From NCBI RefSeq assembly GCF_002105155.1, contig NW_019028998.1:372001-436000 (forward strand): DNA of 64,000 nucleotides, in the 5' to 3' direction. Under the pieces are notes generated by a model, which saw only the letters and a list, made by a program, of their open reading frames with translations, had not been told where the DNA came from and did not search any database. The stretch is from Lobosporangium transversale (taxonomy: Eukaryota). Position numbers and translations under genes: made by a program. Below, in pieces: positions 62,440-64,000 of the stretch. Position 1 is the first letter of the stretch. Every line of letters begins with the position of its first letter.

Positions 62440-63611
62440 AATAAATGCCCCATGGGTGTGATGTGTAGACCCATATCCTGTTCTCACTTACTTTTCTATC
62501 TACAAAATATTTTAACGCTCTATTCCGCTCTACAGTCACCCGAAAGAAAGTCTGGTCAGAGTTTTTTTTTTTTTGAATTCCTGACAAGCAGCTCATTTGT
62601 GATATACAAAAATACTTCACCACCCAAGATGGAATTTACACTTTTATTAATGAGGCCAATGTGGATAATCACTGAAGTTTTTGGGCAGTACATGCTGATT
62701 GAAGAGTACTTCTCTTTAAAATTTTATTTTTTGAGCAAACTTTCTTTCAGGTGATTGTACAATATGAAGCTCTACATGTGCTGCTGAGTATGCGACACTG
62801 CGTGCTTCAGACGACCCAAGGCAGGTTCTGACTATTTTATTGGTGAAAAATCAACCCTGATAATAATAAACTTGGAATGTAATGAGACAAAAATAAGGAT
62901 CTTTATCAATGTAACAAAAAAGAGTGTTTTGGTCTCTTCGCTATCACTATTCTATTAAAGTATTTTAGCTATTTAGATATAGGGATATAGGTAATTATAG
63001 CACGATCGGCTTTGAGTGAGAACTGCCACCAACTATCAAAAGATTAGTAATCTCTCGGGTTACAAACGGGTGAGAGGATAAACATTCCACAAAATAAATT
63101 GAGGTCTACCCATTGCATTTTGGTGAATTTAAACAAAATTTAGTACCGAGGAAACACACTCAAACGCGTCGCTTCTGTTAAAAACCATGTTGTAATCTAT
63201 ATTTCTGTATGCATATATTTTCTCAACTATCCAATTCACACACCCACACATCAAAAGATTGCCCTCTTTCTCGCTCTCCCATCCATCTACAAGACGCACT
63301 GTACAACATCACCAACAAGGTACCACCCAGCAAGAAGAGGGTGATTAAATAGCTTTTACCTCCAAGCAATAAACACAATCAACAATGTCGCTCCTATTTC
63401 CACCATTGATGCCGAAATCTGAGAGCCAATGAATATCTAACGCACGCAAATGTACTGAAGGTGTTGAAACAAAGAGCAACATCTGAATCCATTTTCTGAT
63501 AAAAATAAAACAGTCCATGCATTCACTGATGAAAAGTTTTTGGCAGACAAGATAAATAGTAGAGTAAGAACAAGATGTAGGTCTACATACCATACCCATG
63601 GGGTATTTATT
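62440..63611. repeat. Old 49-bp inverted repeat pair about 1.07 kb apart (possible TIR relic)
   Basis: 62440-62488 matches the reverse complement of 63563-63611 at 41/49 ungapped positions; all 8 differences are transitions. Confidence 0.7.
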
Positions 63612-64000
63612 GAAGTTTTTATCATATTTATCAGAGCATATTAAAAGCATAGCTACAGGTCTGTGTACGAGAAACATAGAGAGAGGTATGTTCAGAAAAA
63701 GTATAAAATGTGCGTCATTAATACAGGATGAATGTCCATAAGCACAAGAAAAGTATTTTCTTTAATCTTTTATGCAATGGGCGCCCTGTAAAGAATGCAA
63801 CAACTGTCTCCATCCCTGTGAGAAATTATAATTTACTATTTTCTTTCGACCTTGAACGTAACTCAGGCAAAGCATTAGATTTTCCAACAAGACAAGAGCC
63901 GACCGCGGCGAGGCCATGATCTTTGGCTCGTTTATTTTATTTCTTTGGCATTTATAATATCATGAGGTTTTATATGTGCTGTGCCTTGTGTGTATACTTG

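Overview
Eukaryotic, intron-rich fungal genomic DNA with GT-AG introns full of poly(A)/poly(T) tracts. The gene set and transposon families point to an early-diverging fungus, most likely Mortierellaceae/Mucoromycota (inference). Bases 1-45.6 kb are mostly housekeeping genes: a hypothetical protein, an FHA protein, a Sec14/CRAL-TRIO protein, a Lag1-type ceramide synthase, an MFS siderophore transporter preceded by five ATCWGATAA iron-GATA sites, an O-fucosyltransferase-like protein, a decayed FAD-oxidase, SKP1, peroxisomal ECH1, SEC31, a small secreted orphan, a PILS/ECM3-type carrier, mitochondrial bL21, SEC16, VMA8 and NUR1/Mug154. From 45.6 kb to the end is a mobile/accessory island. It holds an IS630-Tc1-mariner element with 34-bp TIRs and a long DD87E spacing, an intact five-exon PD-(D/E)xK-like nuclease gene, and a spliced but broken gene fusing an XPG/FEN1-type nuclease to a TnpB/Fanzor-like RuvC-I region. 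It also holds a MULE transposase with one nonsense codon and, at 60.3-61.1 kb, a tandem array of three ~220-270-nt units. The divergent positions of those units show compensatory base-pair changes, so they are a candidate novel structured ncRNA array, possibly guide RNAs for the XPG-Fanzor family. All assignments were made by eye from motifs; no database searches or folding programs were run.
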